DNA of 61,610 nucleotides from Octopus bimaculoides (taxonomy: Eukaryota), in contig NC_068987.1 in NCBI RefSeq assembly GCF_001194135.2, positions 79,122,897 through 79,184,506 of the forward strand, in the 5' to 3' direction. The position numbers were made by a program, and so were the translations under genes. Under the pieces are notes generated by a model that was not told the DNA's origin, searched no databases, and was given only the letters and a program-made list of their open reading frames with translations. This document shows, in pieces, positions 1 to 13,064 of this stretch (positions are counted from its first letter, which is position 1; every line of letters starts with the position of its first letter).

Positions 1-33
<33 letters not shown>

Positions 34-43
34 ATATATGCGT

Positions 44-110
44 GTCACCTTAGGCAAGTGTCATCTGCTATAGCCTTGTGAGTGGATTTGGTGGTTGTTA
101 CTTCTTCTAA
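44..110 (+). mobile_element. Fragment of SINE family A (tRNA-derived, CORE-like 'accttgggcaagtgtcttct' family)
   Basis: gtcaccttaggcaagtgtcatctgctatagcc/ttgtgagtggatttggt matches internal parts of the fuller copy at 51606-51998. Confidence 0.7.
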
Positions 111-1002
111 GTACTCATGTTATCGTGAGAAGACATTCATCCTCGTGGCTTTCCCATTCTTGACCTAATGGAACATAATGAGTATTGTATCTGCTGACCA
201 CGGAACTGGAATCGTAAGAAGACATAAATCCATTATGTGATTTTTAGAACGAAACTTGTAAGGGGAGGAGGGGAAATACAGATAAAAGCTAGACAGTAAG
301 TCTAAAGCACTGTGTGTACTTACACATACTTAACACGTGTATGTTTGTACTTTTAATTCATTGATTTTGTTTTAATGCAAAACTATTCAAGAACATACTA
401 AACCTTAGCAGATAGACTTGAGTTATAGATTGTATACTTCTGAGAAAACACCATTAAAAGCCATGAAAATTGTTAATAAGCAATAGAGTATATAAACACC
501 ACTGAATGCTTCGATAAGCTCCTCAAATACCTAAAAGGTACTTACATAATCTTGATATGAAATGTAAATATTATAGACATTGATATCACACTGGAAAAAA
601 TCATTAACATTCATTATAACTTATGTAGATTCGGAGAAATATTTGATAACAAACTACTGCAAGTATAACTTTATCATTTTCTTTCTCAGATAATATGCAA
701 ATATGTTTTAGAAAGATATTTCTAGACTGCTATAAATATTGACATGATAAATATTCAGACATTTTGTACTATCGACTATCTCCAAACTTCTGTATATTTT
801 AGCATTTTGTATAATACATTTAACCCTTGAAATGCTAGATAAACGTTTATAAAAATGATATTCACTAGTACTTTTTGCTTTTTATTGCTAAGCACTCAAA
901 TATTCTCATCACAACTCGTATCAGAAAATTTTTCTGAGCTCTGTGAACATTACTTTTGACATTTAAAATTGTTGTAATAATAATGACTCTGCCAGTTCCC
1001 CG

Positions 1003-1004
<2 letters not shown>

Positions 1005-1077
<73 letters not shown>

Positions 1078-1092
1078 TAATAATAATAATAA
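1005..1092. repeat. (AAT)n microsatellite
   Basis: Direct reading; source of the poly-Leu ORF 865..1077. Confidence 0.97.
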
Positions 1093-1626
1093 TGGCTCTC
1101 GTAGCTTCTGATCTTAGCTGATTGGAAGTGATAACATATACATTGTTTTTTTCTTATTATAAAAGATGGGCTACAGCAAATCTTCTGCTCAATACCATAG
1201 ATTTACTTGTCATTAGTTTGACCTTAACCAGTTGAGCATGTCCCTTGGTGGCTGACATTATGCGCATCTCTGATCACGAGCACAAGTAGTGTGGGGAGCA
1301 TCGTGGCCATGTGGTGAGAGGAATCCTTTGGGGTTTGGATAATTCGCTTTTGGAAACATGAGTGTTTCGTTCAACATCCTTAAGCAACGCTTATTCAAGG
1401 ACCTTTTGAGCGAGATAGGCTACTCGACCTGAAGAATATTCTAACTAAGCTCCACTTGCAAGGTCATGCGCTTTTTATCTTGATATGAAATCACAATTTC
1501 GCGCTCATTTGCTTGTGATGCATGTGCCTGGTGTACTCTTATCAGACGGATAGTCATGATGGGTATACTGGACTTCGTATAGTTTACCCTAGTGCCTCTT
1601 TGATCGTATGCACTACTCTCTCACTC
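1093..1626. mobile_element. Interspersed repeat bracketed by (AAT)n arrays, possibly a LINE 3' end or derived element
   Basis: ~530 bp non-simple sequence between two (AAT)n tracts (1005-1092, 1627-1692); resembles a common Octopus repeat from memory; single copy in this window. Confidence 0.45.
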
Positions 1627-1682
<56 letters not shown>

Positions 1683-1699
1683 TAATAATAATATTTTCA

Positions 1700-1810
1700 A
1701 ATTTGGGTTCAAAGCCTGCAATTTTGTGGAGAATGGGTAAGTCGATTACATCGACTCCAGTGTTCAGTTGGTACTTATCTTATAGTTGATCTTATAATTC
1801 ATCCCGAAAC
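1700..1810 (+). mobile_element. Partial SINE family B (atcgacccc...gaatttgaactcagaac family)
   Basis: gtcgattacatcgactccagtgttcagttggtacttat matches copies at 10973, 16653 and 25855. Confidence 0.7.
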
Positions 1811-2195
1811 ACTTATGTATATATATATAAGCATTATGCTAAACTAGAAATATTCACCTCTCCCGTACAAAAATGGGCTTTTCGCAAAGACTTAAGAAAT
1901 ATATCAGGTTTATAAGCGTATAATTTTGAGTAGATGTGAGACGTATCTTTCGGTTTCTATCTGCAATTGTTTCACTTTATTTATGTTGCAAATATTCTTG
2001 GGAAAACAACACACACATACATGCACACTCATACACAGAGGTGGAGAGAGAGAGTGGAGGTATTGAAAGAAAATCTGCGATAGATAGGAGTGAAGAGAAA
2101 GAGAGTGAGAGAGAGAGTGAGGTGATCCATGAAGGAAAGAATCAACTTCCCAGTTTTCCCGATGAAAGTCCATACCATTTTAACAAAATTTGCTA

Positions 2196-2575
2196 GGTAG
2201 GCAGGGTAAGCATGGCTTTGTGGTAAGGAAGCTCCTTTTGCAATCACGTGGTTTCGGGTTCAGTTTCATTGCACAGTACTTCGCTCAAAATATTTTAACT
2301 ATAGCCCCGATTCAATCAATCCTTTGCGAGTGAATTTAGTTGGCGAAAATTATGGAAGCCCGCCGAATATGTATCTGTGTGTGCGTTTCACACCACCGTT
2401 TGAAACCGGTATTAGTTTATTTACGCTTTCTAAACTTAGCGATTAGGCAGAGAGAACCGATATAAGTAGAAAACTCTAAAAAAATACTGGGGGTCGATTT
2501 GTTCGAGGAAAAAACTTCAAGGCAGTGCTACAGTTTGGCCGCGGTTCACTTACCAAAACAAGTAAAAGATAAAAC
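2196..2575 (+). mobile_element. Diverged near-full-length SINE family A
   Basis: Head gtggtaaggaagct...ggtttcgggttcag, middle ctatagcc...ggaagcccg, tail ggggtcgatttgttcga...ggccgc...aaacaagtaaaagataaaa; colinear with 51606-51998. Confidence 0.85.
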
Positions 2576-3077
2576 ACAACATCCAACACTGTACATAATC
2601 AAATAAATATTAATATCCTTATTTTAGTACACAAAATTTCTGTCTCCTGGAGAATGTAAAGAAATGAGACCGTTATTTCAGGCTAGCCAATCACAACGTA
2701 GCTGAACAGATGTGAAAACTGTGTTGTTTCATGAAACATCCCATATGTTACTTCGGACAGTGTCTATTACTATTTCATTTCCGCATGTTGAAGCCAAAAG
2801 TTCAATATAATGCCTCCCAGTTGTTTGCATTCTGTTTTTGTTGGGTGAGGTGTGACGCTGTAGCAAGAATTCCTATGACTCTCTTTAAAAAATAAATAGG
2901 TTTTTAGCTTTTCTAGCAGCATATGTGTATGCCAATTAATAGAACATTTAGAGAGCGTTCGAAGCTGAAAGAAAATTTTATGAAAAATAAGGAACTACGT
3001 TCTCCGGAATGTAATGACCGTGCATATTTTGCTAGAAATATTCAGGATATATTTCAGTTGCAGTATAAGGATGTGGT

Positions 3078-3453
3078 GGAGGCGCAATGACCCAGTGGTT
3101 AAAGCAGCAGACTCGCGGTCAAAGGATCGCGGTTTCGATTCCCAGACCGGGCGCTGTGCGTGTTTATTGAGCGAAAACACCTAAAGCTCCACGAGGCTCC
3201 GGCAGGGATGGTGGCGATCCCTACTGTACTCTTTCACCACAACTTTCTCTTACTTCCTGTTTCTATTGTGCCTGTAATTCAAAGGGTCAGCCTTATCACA
3301 CTGTGTCACGCTGAATATCCCCGAGAACTACGTTAAGGGTACACGTGTCTGTGGAATGCTCAGCCACTTGCACATTAATTTCACGAGCTGTTCCGTTGAT
3401 CGGATCAATCGGAACCCTCTACGTCTTAAGCGACGTAGTGCCAACAACAACAA
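3078..3453 (+). mobile_element. Well-preserved tRNA-derived SINE, family C
   Basis: Pol III A-box-like TGACCCAGTGG (3088-3098), B-box-like GGTTTCGATTCCC (~3131-3143), non-tRNA body and (CAA)n tail. Confidence 0.85.
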
Positions 3454-3723
3454 ATATGGATGTGAATGTCAAACATTGATCTAAGTAGCCATCCATGTAA
3501 ATATAAAACCAATTGATTTTTTCCTATTGATGTACAAAACCAAGACTATACATCTAGGAAGGATAGAGAAAATTTTGACACAAATACTTTTTCCACGAAA
3601 GTGAGTTTGATGAACCTACATAATTAGATAAAAATTATTAATTATTCCTAATCGCAAAATAAATTTAATAAGTTTAACACCTCCAGCTTTACGATACTCA
3701 CCGTTCTTTGACAAAAAAAAAAC

Positions 3724-3820
3724 AGACATAGCTGTGTGGTTAAGAAGCTCTATTTCCAACTACGTGGTTTCGGGTTTAGCTCCACTGTGCGATATCCTGG
3801 GCAAGTGTCTTCTACTAAGG
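3724..3820 (+). mobile_element. SINE family A 5' portion
   Basis: gctgtgtggttaagaagct...ggtttcgggttta...gggcaagtgtcttctacta. Confidence 0.85.
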
Positions 3821-3927
3821 TCTACCAAATTCACTAACAGGGTATTGATCGGTCCGGGCTATAGTAGAAGACACTTGCCCAAGGATTGAACCCAAAACCA
3901 TATGGCTGCAAAGCGAGTTTCTTAAGC
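3821..3927 (-). mobile_element. SINE family A 5' portion, inverted relative to its neighbour
   Basis: Reverse complement reads gcttaagaaact...ggttttgggttcaatccttgggcaagtgtcttctactatagcc...gaatttggtaga. Confidence 0.85.
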
Positions 3928-5124
3928 AAAAGTAATGTTCACTCTGAACAATAAGACGAGATTGGAAAGACTTTCGAACTAATTACCTTCCAAGAAATAC
4001 CATGTATTACGAATGGAAGAATAAAAGATATCCTGATAATAAAGATTCGGTATCTGTCTCATTTGCAATAATAAAGATCTGATTAACAGAGAGGAAAACT
4101 ATTAGCAAAAAAAATGCTAAACTAGAGATCTAAGGAATTGACTAACAGAACGTCTACGCAACAAATATGCATACCGCTGTTGATATTAGCACTAAATTTC
4201 TGGATTATTTCTTGAATTTATTCTATAGTTGTAACGGTAGGGAATAACAAAATAATATCAGCTGAAAACTTCAAAGACACACCGACAGCTAGTCAAATTT
4301 TCTAGTTAGTTGATCGTTAATGAACAAGCCTTAGACACGAATTAATTAAGCGCCAGGTTTGAGTAATCATTCTAGCTTAATAGAGTTTAGTTGCTCAACA
4401 AACTGTCATTTTTATCTGACAGATATATATTTTTTATTTTATAGTGATATTTATTAAATTCTTAGCTTACTGTTGTTACATAAAGGAAAAAGAATTAGTG
4501 TTTTCTGGAGACGGAAAGGCTTTTGCTGTTATATCTGCGTTAATATTCGATCTAGCTTGACTTTAATAAATGAATTATAGAAATGAAATTGTGAATCAAC
4601 CGATTCTAGAATATGGGGGGAACAAACAGCAAAATGGGAACCCAGACAGACTGAAAGAAGGAAGAAAGAAAGAGAGAGGAGAGAGGTTGAGATGTAACAG
4701 TAAAGAAACAGAGATAAAGAGAAAGAAAGCACTTTCCAATGTTTTACCGTTCATCAGTTGAAGAAGTGTCTAATAACTCAGCCATATGATAATCAAACAA
4801 AAGAAGACATGTTTGAGTGTATTTTGGGTATGGAGAAGGCGAGAAAGACAAAATTCTCAGCAGAAAAAGTGAAGGCTACTGACATTTTACCTCACTGGAG
4901 AAAAGAGTTGGAAATAATTGATCATATTTGGAATTATGATGTTCCATACGAGAGAGAGAGAGAGAGAGAAAAAAGCATTCTCTTGTGGTTTTATTGGAGC
5001 GTCAACTATGTAATTATATCTTTCTCAATTACATATATATGTATGTGCGTGTGTTTATAATATATATGTGTGTGTGTATGTATATGCATATATATTTTTG
5101 TATATATATATATATATACATACA

Positions 5125-5238
<114 letters not shown>

Positions 5239-5899
5239 GTGTGTGCTGATAAATATAGGCGTTTGTGTATGTATGCTATATATGTATGTACATACATGTC
5301 CATATACACTTTACAAAGACAGGCAGAAAAAGGGGGACAAACAGATGAATATAGGTGCGCGCGAGTGGGTGAATATATTGCATGTCTTTGTAATAATATC
5401 ATGCTATTGTAAGCGTCGAAGATTAAGATCTACACATCCCCAATGGAATCTGTTATCAGCTTTCCATTTCCAATTGTAGTAGTTTTATATCACTGACGTC
5501 ATTAATAACCTTAAGAAAGTCATAGACATCGAACAATCTAATTTTCAACCACTTCTTCCTAATAAATGTGCATATATATATAAAAAATTTACACAGTGCT
5601 TTTATAAATGTGTGTGTATTGGTGGATGTATGGGTTTGTGTTTTGTGTATGTGTGTTTGGTGAAAATGTGGGTGCCGTTGAATGATCGGTGGTAAATCCG
5701 AGGCAAGATGAGTCTATGACATCTGTTCGATATCAGGCGACTTCAGAAGTTCATCGTAATTCATGGCTGCAAACATTTTAGACCACAATTATGAGATAAC
5801 ATGCTATTGAGCCCAGAGTATATTATAGAAAGAAATATATTCTAACAACACTGCTACCTTTCGTAGATGGAAACTGTGCAGAAGCCTGTCATGTATATT

Positions 5900-5956
<57 letters not shown>

Positions 5957-6357
5957 GTTTGGGCTTAAATTTGTGCCTATCTCACTCCAAATCTTGAAAA
6001 CCGTATTGGCACCTGGTTCGATCGACATGAGTAGCACCTATATCAAGTGTCTCTTTCTCAATCAAAAACCATTCTAGGGCAATTTGGTCGACGAGAGATG
6101 TGCAAAGACCCTGATTATTTAATAGCGCAGATGCCATTGTCATAGGAATGGCGAACATTCAGACAATTTTTGATTTCAGAAATAGATGGTTTGTAGTCTA
6201 CTCAATTGAATTAGAATATTTTTTTTTCTCACTTATGCAAAGCTGACAGCATTATATCATTTTTCTATATTGTCTGCATATAACGGGGATCTTATGAAGT
6301 ACGTTCTTTCGAGCTATAATCTTACTCGGATAGTTTTGTTCTATTCCTCCCTTTTTA

Positions 6358-6990
6358 CAGAGTGGCCCAGAAATATTTACCCATTGATATTTCTTAATTA
6401 TTCAAAAGAAAACTTAAGGTACGATAATGAAATTTAGCACACACGTTCTAATGTAAATTGTTAATCCATTCCAGTAATTATATTTCAAAATGATCACCTT
6501 TCGCCTTGATCATAGCCTCCAAACGACTGGTCACTGAGTTGCATGGATGCCGTACCATCTCTTCGTCCAACTTGACCTACGAAGACAGAAGGGCTTTCTT
6601 TAGATCAGACACATTTGATTTGGAGCAAGCAGAAACGTTTACTCTATAAGATGGCCCAGATAGCAAAGTCCATGGGATTAATGCCTGGACTTGAGGGAAG
6701 TCATATCGTCTTTTGTCTCAAAAACCGCTGAAATTCTCTGTCAAATTGTATGTATGGGCCGGAGACAAAAAGACTAATTCCTGAACCGATATTCCTTTGA
6801 AAGACTTTTTAAACCTTGGTAAATCTTTCTGGGACATCTTGTATGTATTTGAAGGAAATGTTTGATTGAACTGTTGTTGTTTTAATATAAATTCCATGTT
6901 TTCCAGAATCACCTGCAAATTAGACACAAAAAACTCCCAATTGCAACCCACAACAGACTTAGCTTATAATAAGGATCATTTCACTGAACC
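6358..6990 (-). mobile_element. Decayed Tc1/mariner (maT/DDxD-like) transposase C-terminus with intact 3' TIR end
   Basis: Minus-strand peptide pieces SPAHT, PSSPGINPMDFAIW (cf. WPPxSPDLNPxD) and SRLEAMIKAKGDHFEI* (stop 6478-6480), with frameshifts and stops; ends in TA|CAGAGTGGCCC at 6356-6368. Confidence 0.85.
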
Positions 6991-7037
6991 TAAAAGTATC
7001 GAGTAAATTCTTTTACGTAATTGCATTTCACATTAGT

Positions 7038-7040
7038 GTG

Positions 7041-7078
<38 letters not shown>

Positions 7079-7112
7079 ACTACTACTACTACTACTACTA
7101 CTACTGCCACTG

Positions 7113-7172
<60 letters not shown>
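7038..7172. repeat. Compound (TGC)n-(TAC)n microsatellite
   Basis: Direct reading. Confidence 0.97.
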
Positions 7173-7173
<1 letters not shown>

Positions 7174-8219
7174 ATATCCTACTCGTGTTGTCTTCATTTT
7201 TGTTCATTGCTTTATATATGTGCGCTTGTGTGCATATGTGGGCATGCATATATAAATATGTGTATACACATACATGTGTGTATGTGTTTGTGTGTGTATC
7301 TATCTACGAAGAAATAACTGCGCTGGTCACACAGAAGCGTATAAATTAGTGTTTGCGTGTAATCCTCAACGTTATAAATAAATGAATTATTCCTGGATTC
7401 CTGGCTTCAGAAGTAAATATACCATTGCAATCACTAGTGTTTCGTGGCATTAAAAACAAACGAACAATAGGTTAAAAACAAACAAGAAAACAAAAGAAAG
7501 ACATCAGTTTATTTTGGTGAAACGAATGGAAAGGAACAACCATGTAAAACTCTTTTAGCCCTTGAAGCAAATTCAATAGAAAAATCTTTAAATAACCCCC
7601 ACTCCTCCTTTAAAGTTCTGTTAATTAAAATAAGACACACTTTAATTATCTGATTTTCAAAATTTCGATTTTTCTCTTCAAAATCTCGTTCAAAATCAAG
7701 TGATTGTCACGAGTAAATCATCTCCTTAGTTAGTATTCTGTTTTCGATGTAGTTTATTCTTTTTATATGCGTCCGGAATGTAAGTGTTCTTGTTATAGTT
7801 GTTGGTTTCTTGTTGTTGATGATGGTATTATTGTTGTTACTGGTTACTGTCGTTGCTTAGTCCAGTGCAACTTCAGTTCTAAATATAGATCTGTGAGGCA
7901 GAAAGTTCAAACCATGACAATCACCTTGTTATTTTATTTTTTTTTTATTTCATATGTATAACAATCTTAAGTTGGTCGATTGGCCGAGTCTTTAAATTAT
8001 CCGTATGTGTTGCATTATTTGCTGCAGCGCCTCTGATATAAGTTCAAAATCTCTGAGGGCTGAATTATTGTTATTTTTTAAAGCAATCGGGTTATTATTT
8101 TTACGGTGTGGTGGGGAGCAGATGTGGTGTATCTTGACCTATATGAGCTATTGCATGTAACCACCGATTTAAAAAGTTGTATAGCATGATTTGATCGAGA
8201 TTTGGGCAGCTATTCTTAA

Positions 8220-8436
8220 CCCATTAAGTCCCAGTGTCCTATGAATAGGACACTAAATGAGAACATTAAATAAGCTATATCACATTGTCCTATTTATAGG
8301 ACACCGAGTATTTCCATTTCTCCTTGAAGTAAAGGAGTCTTAATATTTATTTTTTTTTCATTTTTAACCTATTTTCAATCATCTGTAAAAATTTTAAGTA
8401 ATATTCAAAAATTTACGTACTCTGGGACTTAATGGG
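8220..8436. mobile_element. piggyBac-type non-autonomous element (MITE), 217 bp, TTAA target-site duplication
   Basis: TTAA(8216-8219)|CCCATTAAGTCCCAG ... CTGGGACTTAATGGG|TTAA(8437-8440): perfect 15-bp TIRs. Confidence 0.92.
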
Positions 8437-10109
8437 TTAAACCAGCAGGAATTGTATATCCCGGACTATATAGTATCCTTCAAATATAAACACTTCTTTT
8501 TAAAATAGTAGGCTACGATTCGAGAGAGACTTAGCTATTATTTTTAGCAGGTGAAAAAATGACTATTTTGGTACACTTAATGTTTAGCATACTGATGTTA
8601 CCAAACATGTTTGTTGTTTTTGTTGTGGTTATTCTATTTTCAAAGCCATCGTTTTAATTAACTGATCTGCAGATATTCATAATGTTATATGGGTGAATTT
8701 CTTTCATTTTCCTTCATCCGTTCTTATTTTCCTTTTCTACAATTCTGCCTGTCTTTTATTTCATTCTATCTTTATTTTTACACCACTCTTTCTTACCCTA
8801 CCATTTTTTTCGTTCTTTCTATGATTCTTTCTCTTTTACCTTCCTACACTCTAATTTCTATCCTCCTCACTCTCTTTCTTTTCTCTCTTTATATTTATTT
8901 TCTAGTTTTCTCTGACTCATGCTTTCCTTTCTTTTCCTTAATTTTATTCACTTCTTTTAATTCAGTCTTTCTTTCTAAACTTCTTTTTCATTACATTTCT
9001 TTCTTTTTATCCTTCTCTCTATTTTTTATATAGATCCCCTATATTCTCTCCTTCATTCCATTCAATGTCTTCGCTCATCCTTTATTTATTTATTCCCGTT
9101 ACATCTCTTTGTTTCATTCTTCCATTCGTTCTTAATATATTTACTTTACCTTCTCCTTCTTACCAACAATTAAATTATCACATAACAACCCAAATGAAAC
9201 TTCCTAATTAACAAGAACTTAATGTGATACTATGTTGCGATGAAATATTTCAAATTTATCTAATATATATTGAGAAATGATTTCGGAAAAGTCGTTCTGA
9301 ATATGTAACGTAAAAGTTTGTTTTGTTTTTATATTTGTAACACAAACGTTCCAGTTGTTAGTCAATGTACCTAATATCATGCGCCAAACATGCATGTTAA
9401 TACTTACATGCGAATGTATGACTGGGTTTATAAATGAAAATACATACACGCGCACTCACACACACATTTGAAGACACATGCATATCTACATATGTCTGTG
9501 TGTATGTATGTATGTCTGTATATATATATATATATACACATGAGCATGCATTTTCATTTATGATATCAGTCATACACACATACATACGTACACACATATA
9601 CATATANNNNNNNNNNCACACATTTGAAGACACATGCATATCTACATATGTCTGTGTGTATGTATGTATGTCTGTATATATATATATATATGGGCATGTT
9701 CGATATTCTTACTTTTCGTTTGTTTATTTCACAGCGGCTGTGTCCATAGATCCATAAAATGATACCCTCGGATGAAATTCTTAGAATGAACGGATTCATT
9801 TTTGCATCATGCAATTTTTGTTTCTTTAGTTACCTCAAAAAATACTTTTAAATATTGTATATTTTCTAGCTTATAATACCTATAAGTGATTTAGTTCCTA
9901 GTAGAGATCGTATTATACTTCCTAATATATTCACAACCTTGTTACGACAAAGTATTTTATTCGTTTATAAATGTCCTCAATTTCTTTCCGTGCACCATTC
10001 CCTTTTTCTTTGGAAGCAATCTTCGTTTTTCAAATGCTATTCATAGTAAAAATTCAGAATCAGTATTTCTGAACACTTGTTTAGTAATGATATGTCGCAG
10101 AAACATATT

Positions 10110-10200
10110 GATGACCCGGAAAGTTTCCTGAAATTGTATAAGCGCAGAGGTCGAATTAATCGACTATCCCTACGCCCGCAAAATTTTAGGACTTTCGTCT
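10110..10200. mobile_element. Possible degraded MITE
   Basis: gaaagtttcctgaaatt ... aattttaggactttc imperfect inverted repeat. Confidence 0.25.
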
Positions 10201-10469
10201 ATAACAGAAAGAATTATTATTTTTTTTTTACGAGTGATTATATTTCGATGTAACAATTTATTTCAATGTTTTTAAATCAAACGCCCGCCTCCCATCACCA
10301 CAAATATTTCATATCTCAAATTATTATATTTCCCATTTCCCATTCTGTTTGCCTTATTTAATAAACCTTACGTGACCTCTCTGTTCATTACCAGCTTCTG
10401 CCGTTATTAATGATCTTTCTAATTATCATTACTGACAACAAATATTAGCTACCCTGATCCGCATATTGA

Positions 10470-10960
10470 CATCACCGATACCAACACCACCACCTCCTCC
10501 TCCATTGAGTTAATACTTTTAATATCACCTTCATTCGATCCTCATCATCCTCTTCCTTCTCTCCTTCATCATCCCATCATTATCATTCCATCATCATCAT
10601 CATCGTTATTCCATTATCATCAACATTCTCCTTACTATGACCACGACCATCATCATCTTCCCTCATCCAATAATCATTATTCCATCATCATCCTCCTCAT
10701 CATCATCACTCTATTATCTCATCATCATTCTATCAGCATGATCAGCATCCTCCACCTCTTCATCCTTGTCAACGTCATTATCATCCTTTCCATCATTACT
10801 TTTAATCCCATCATCGTCGTCGTCCTCCCCACCATCCTCTTCACCACTACCGTCGCCATTTTCAGATTACCAACAGTCGCTAACACCTCTTTTATTTGTC
10901 AATCACCACCAGCAGCACAACTAACACCATCAATTACCACCACTACTACCACTATTAGTG
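10470..10960. repeat. Long decayed (CAT/CAC)n low-complexity tract
   Basis: Direct reading; explains ORF 10738..10977. Confidence 0.9.
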
Positions 10961-10972
10961 TAATTTTCGAAT

Positions 10973-11179
10973 TTTGACACAAGGCCGCCATTTGTTTTGG
11001 TGGGGGCTGCAAGTCAATTGCATCGACCCCAGTGTTCAACTGATACTTATCTTATCGAACCCAGAAAGGATGAAAGGGCTAAGTCAACTGCGGGTGGCAT
11101 TTGAACTCAGAACGTAAAGTCGGAAGAAATGCCACTTAGCAATTTGTCCGGTGCAGGAACGCTTCTGCCAGCTCACCGC
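10973..11179 (+). mobile_element. SINE family B
   Basis: cacaaggcc...atcgaccccagtg...ttatcgaacccagaaaggatgaaagg...tttgaactcagaacgtaaag...ttctgccagctcaccgc. Confidence 0.85.
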
Positions 11180-12262
11180 ATGATTGATTAATCATGATTG
11201 ATCATGTGTGCTTTTGATCAGTTTTTCTTCGCCAAGCTTGACCAAGGGCTAAACAACAACAACAAAAACAACAACAGCGATTCTGTAATAACATCAGCAT
11301 CATGATCATCAGCAACAATAATCTATTGCAATGTTTACCATCGTTTCCTTGAAAAAACCCCAACTGAACACTAACGCAACCACATCAACAGCCTCACATT
11401 CTAACTATCTGAATCGAGCAGCAGCGGCAGCAGCAGCAGCACCACCACCACCACCACCACCACCACTACTACTACNNNNNNNNNNNNNNNNNNNNNNNNN
11501 NNNNNNNNNNNNNNNNNNNNNNNNNNNNNNNNNNNNNNNNNNNNNNNNNNNNNNNNNNNNNNNNNNNNNNNNNNNNNNNNNNNNNNNNNNNNNNNNNNNN
11601 NNNNNNNNNNNNNNNNNNNNNNNNNNNNNNNNNNNNNNNNNNNNNNNNNNNNNNNNNNNNNNNNNNNNNNNNNNNNNNNNNNNNNNNNNNNNNNNNNNNN
11701 NNNNNNNNNNNNNNNNNNNNNNNNNNNNNNNNNNNNNNNNNNNNNNNNNNNNNNNNNNNNNNNNNNNNNNNNNNNNNNNNNNNNNNNNNNNNNNNNNNNN
11801 NNNNNNNNNNNNNNNNNNNNNNNNNNNNNNNNNNNNNNNNNNNNNNNNNNNNNNNNNNNNNNNNNNNNNNNNNNNNNNNNNNNNNNNNNNNNNNNNNNNN
11901 NNNNNNNNNNNNNNNNNNNNNNNNNNNNNNNNNNNNNNNNNNNNNNNNNNNNNNNNNNNNNNNNNNNNNNNNNNNNNNNNNNNNNNNNNNNNNNNNNNNN
12001 NNNNNNNNNNNNNNNNNNNNNNNNNNNNNNNNNNNNNNNNNNNNNNNNNNNNNNNNNNNNNNNNNNNNNNNNNNNNNNNNNNNNNNNNNNNNNNNNNNNN
12101 NNNNNNNNNNNNNNNNNNNNNNNNNNNNNNNNNNNNNNNNNNNNNNNNNNNNNNNNNNNNNNNNNNNNNNNNNNNNNNNNNNNNNNNNNNNNNNNNNNNN
12201 NNNNNNNNNNNNNNNNNNNNNNNNNNNNNNNNNNNNNNNNNNNNNNNNNNNNNNNNNNNNAA

Positions 12263-12305
<43 letters not shown>

Positions 12306-12489
12306 TTAATAATAATAATAATACAAACTTTGATACAGCATCGATTTTCTCACATTGTCACTTTTTCTTTGTTTTTCTTTTCTTATTTTTTTCCTCTGAC
12401 ATTTTACTACCCTATGATCTCTCACTCTCTTTCTTTCCATCTTTTCTCTCTGATTTTCTCTCCGTTGTTCTTTCAAGGCTTTTCCTTAT

Positions 12490-12690
12490 ATCTGATACAG
12501 TCATTGCACTGCATTCATGCTGGGGCACCGCCTTGAAGGGTTTTGATCGAATAAATCGACCCTTAATACACGTTATTTTAAAGTCTGGTACTTGTTTGTT
12601 ATATTTGTCTCCTTTTGTCGAATCGTTAATTTACTGGGACGGGTTGGGAAAAGTTGGTAGGAGAGAAATATCAATACAACACAATCATAA

Positions 12691-12779
<89 letters not shown>

Positions 12780-12930
12780 CGACGAGCTTTTTAAAATTTC
12801 CATCTACTAAATCTATTCACAAGGCTTTCGTTAGCTTGGGGCTAATAGTAGAAGATATTTGCCTAAAGTACCGTTCAGTGGGACCGAACCCAACACTGTT
12901 TCGTTGGGAGGCAAACATTTTCGTTCCTTC
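12490..12930 (-). mobile_element. SINE family A, near full length, with internal (CA)n(TA)n
   Basis: gcaccgccttgaaggg...aatcgaccc...(CA)n...tttccatctactaaatctattcacaaggctt...tagtagaaga...gtgggaccgaaccc is the reverse complement of family A. Confidence 0.8.
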
Positions 12931-13064
12931 TCGTCTGGAAGGTGACCTGTATTTAAATTGTTTTCATCTATATCTCAGGAGTACCAATTCATACCTCAAA
13001 CATATTACTGGCTTCTAACATAGGCAAAATGCTTCATACCATTACATGTCAGAAGCAGTATATT

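Noticed and set aside
3078-3155. tRNA gene
   Set aside because: A/B boxes are present but there is no acceptor stem or proper anticodon arm, and it continues into a SINE body
4704-4960. Protein-looking ORF (KKCLITQPYDNQ...IWNYDVPY)
   Set aside because: No recognisable motif or convincing splice sites; runs into (GA)n
5700-5722. miR-31-like AGGCAAGATG
   Set aside because: Only the first 10 nt match and no precursor hairpin is evident
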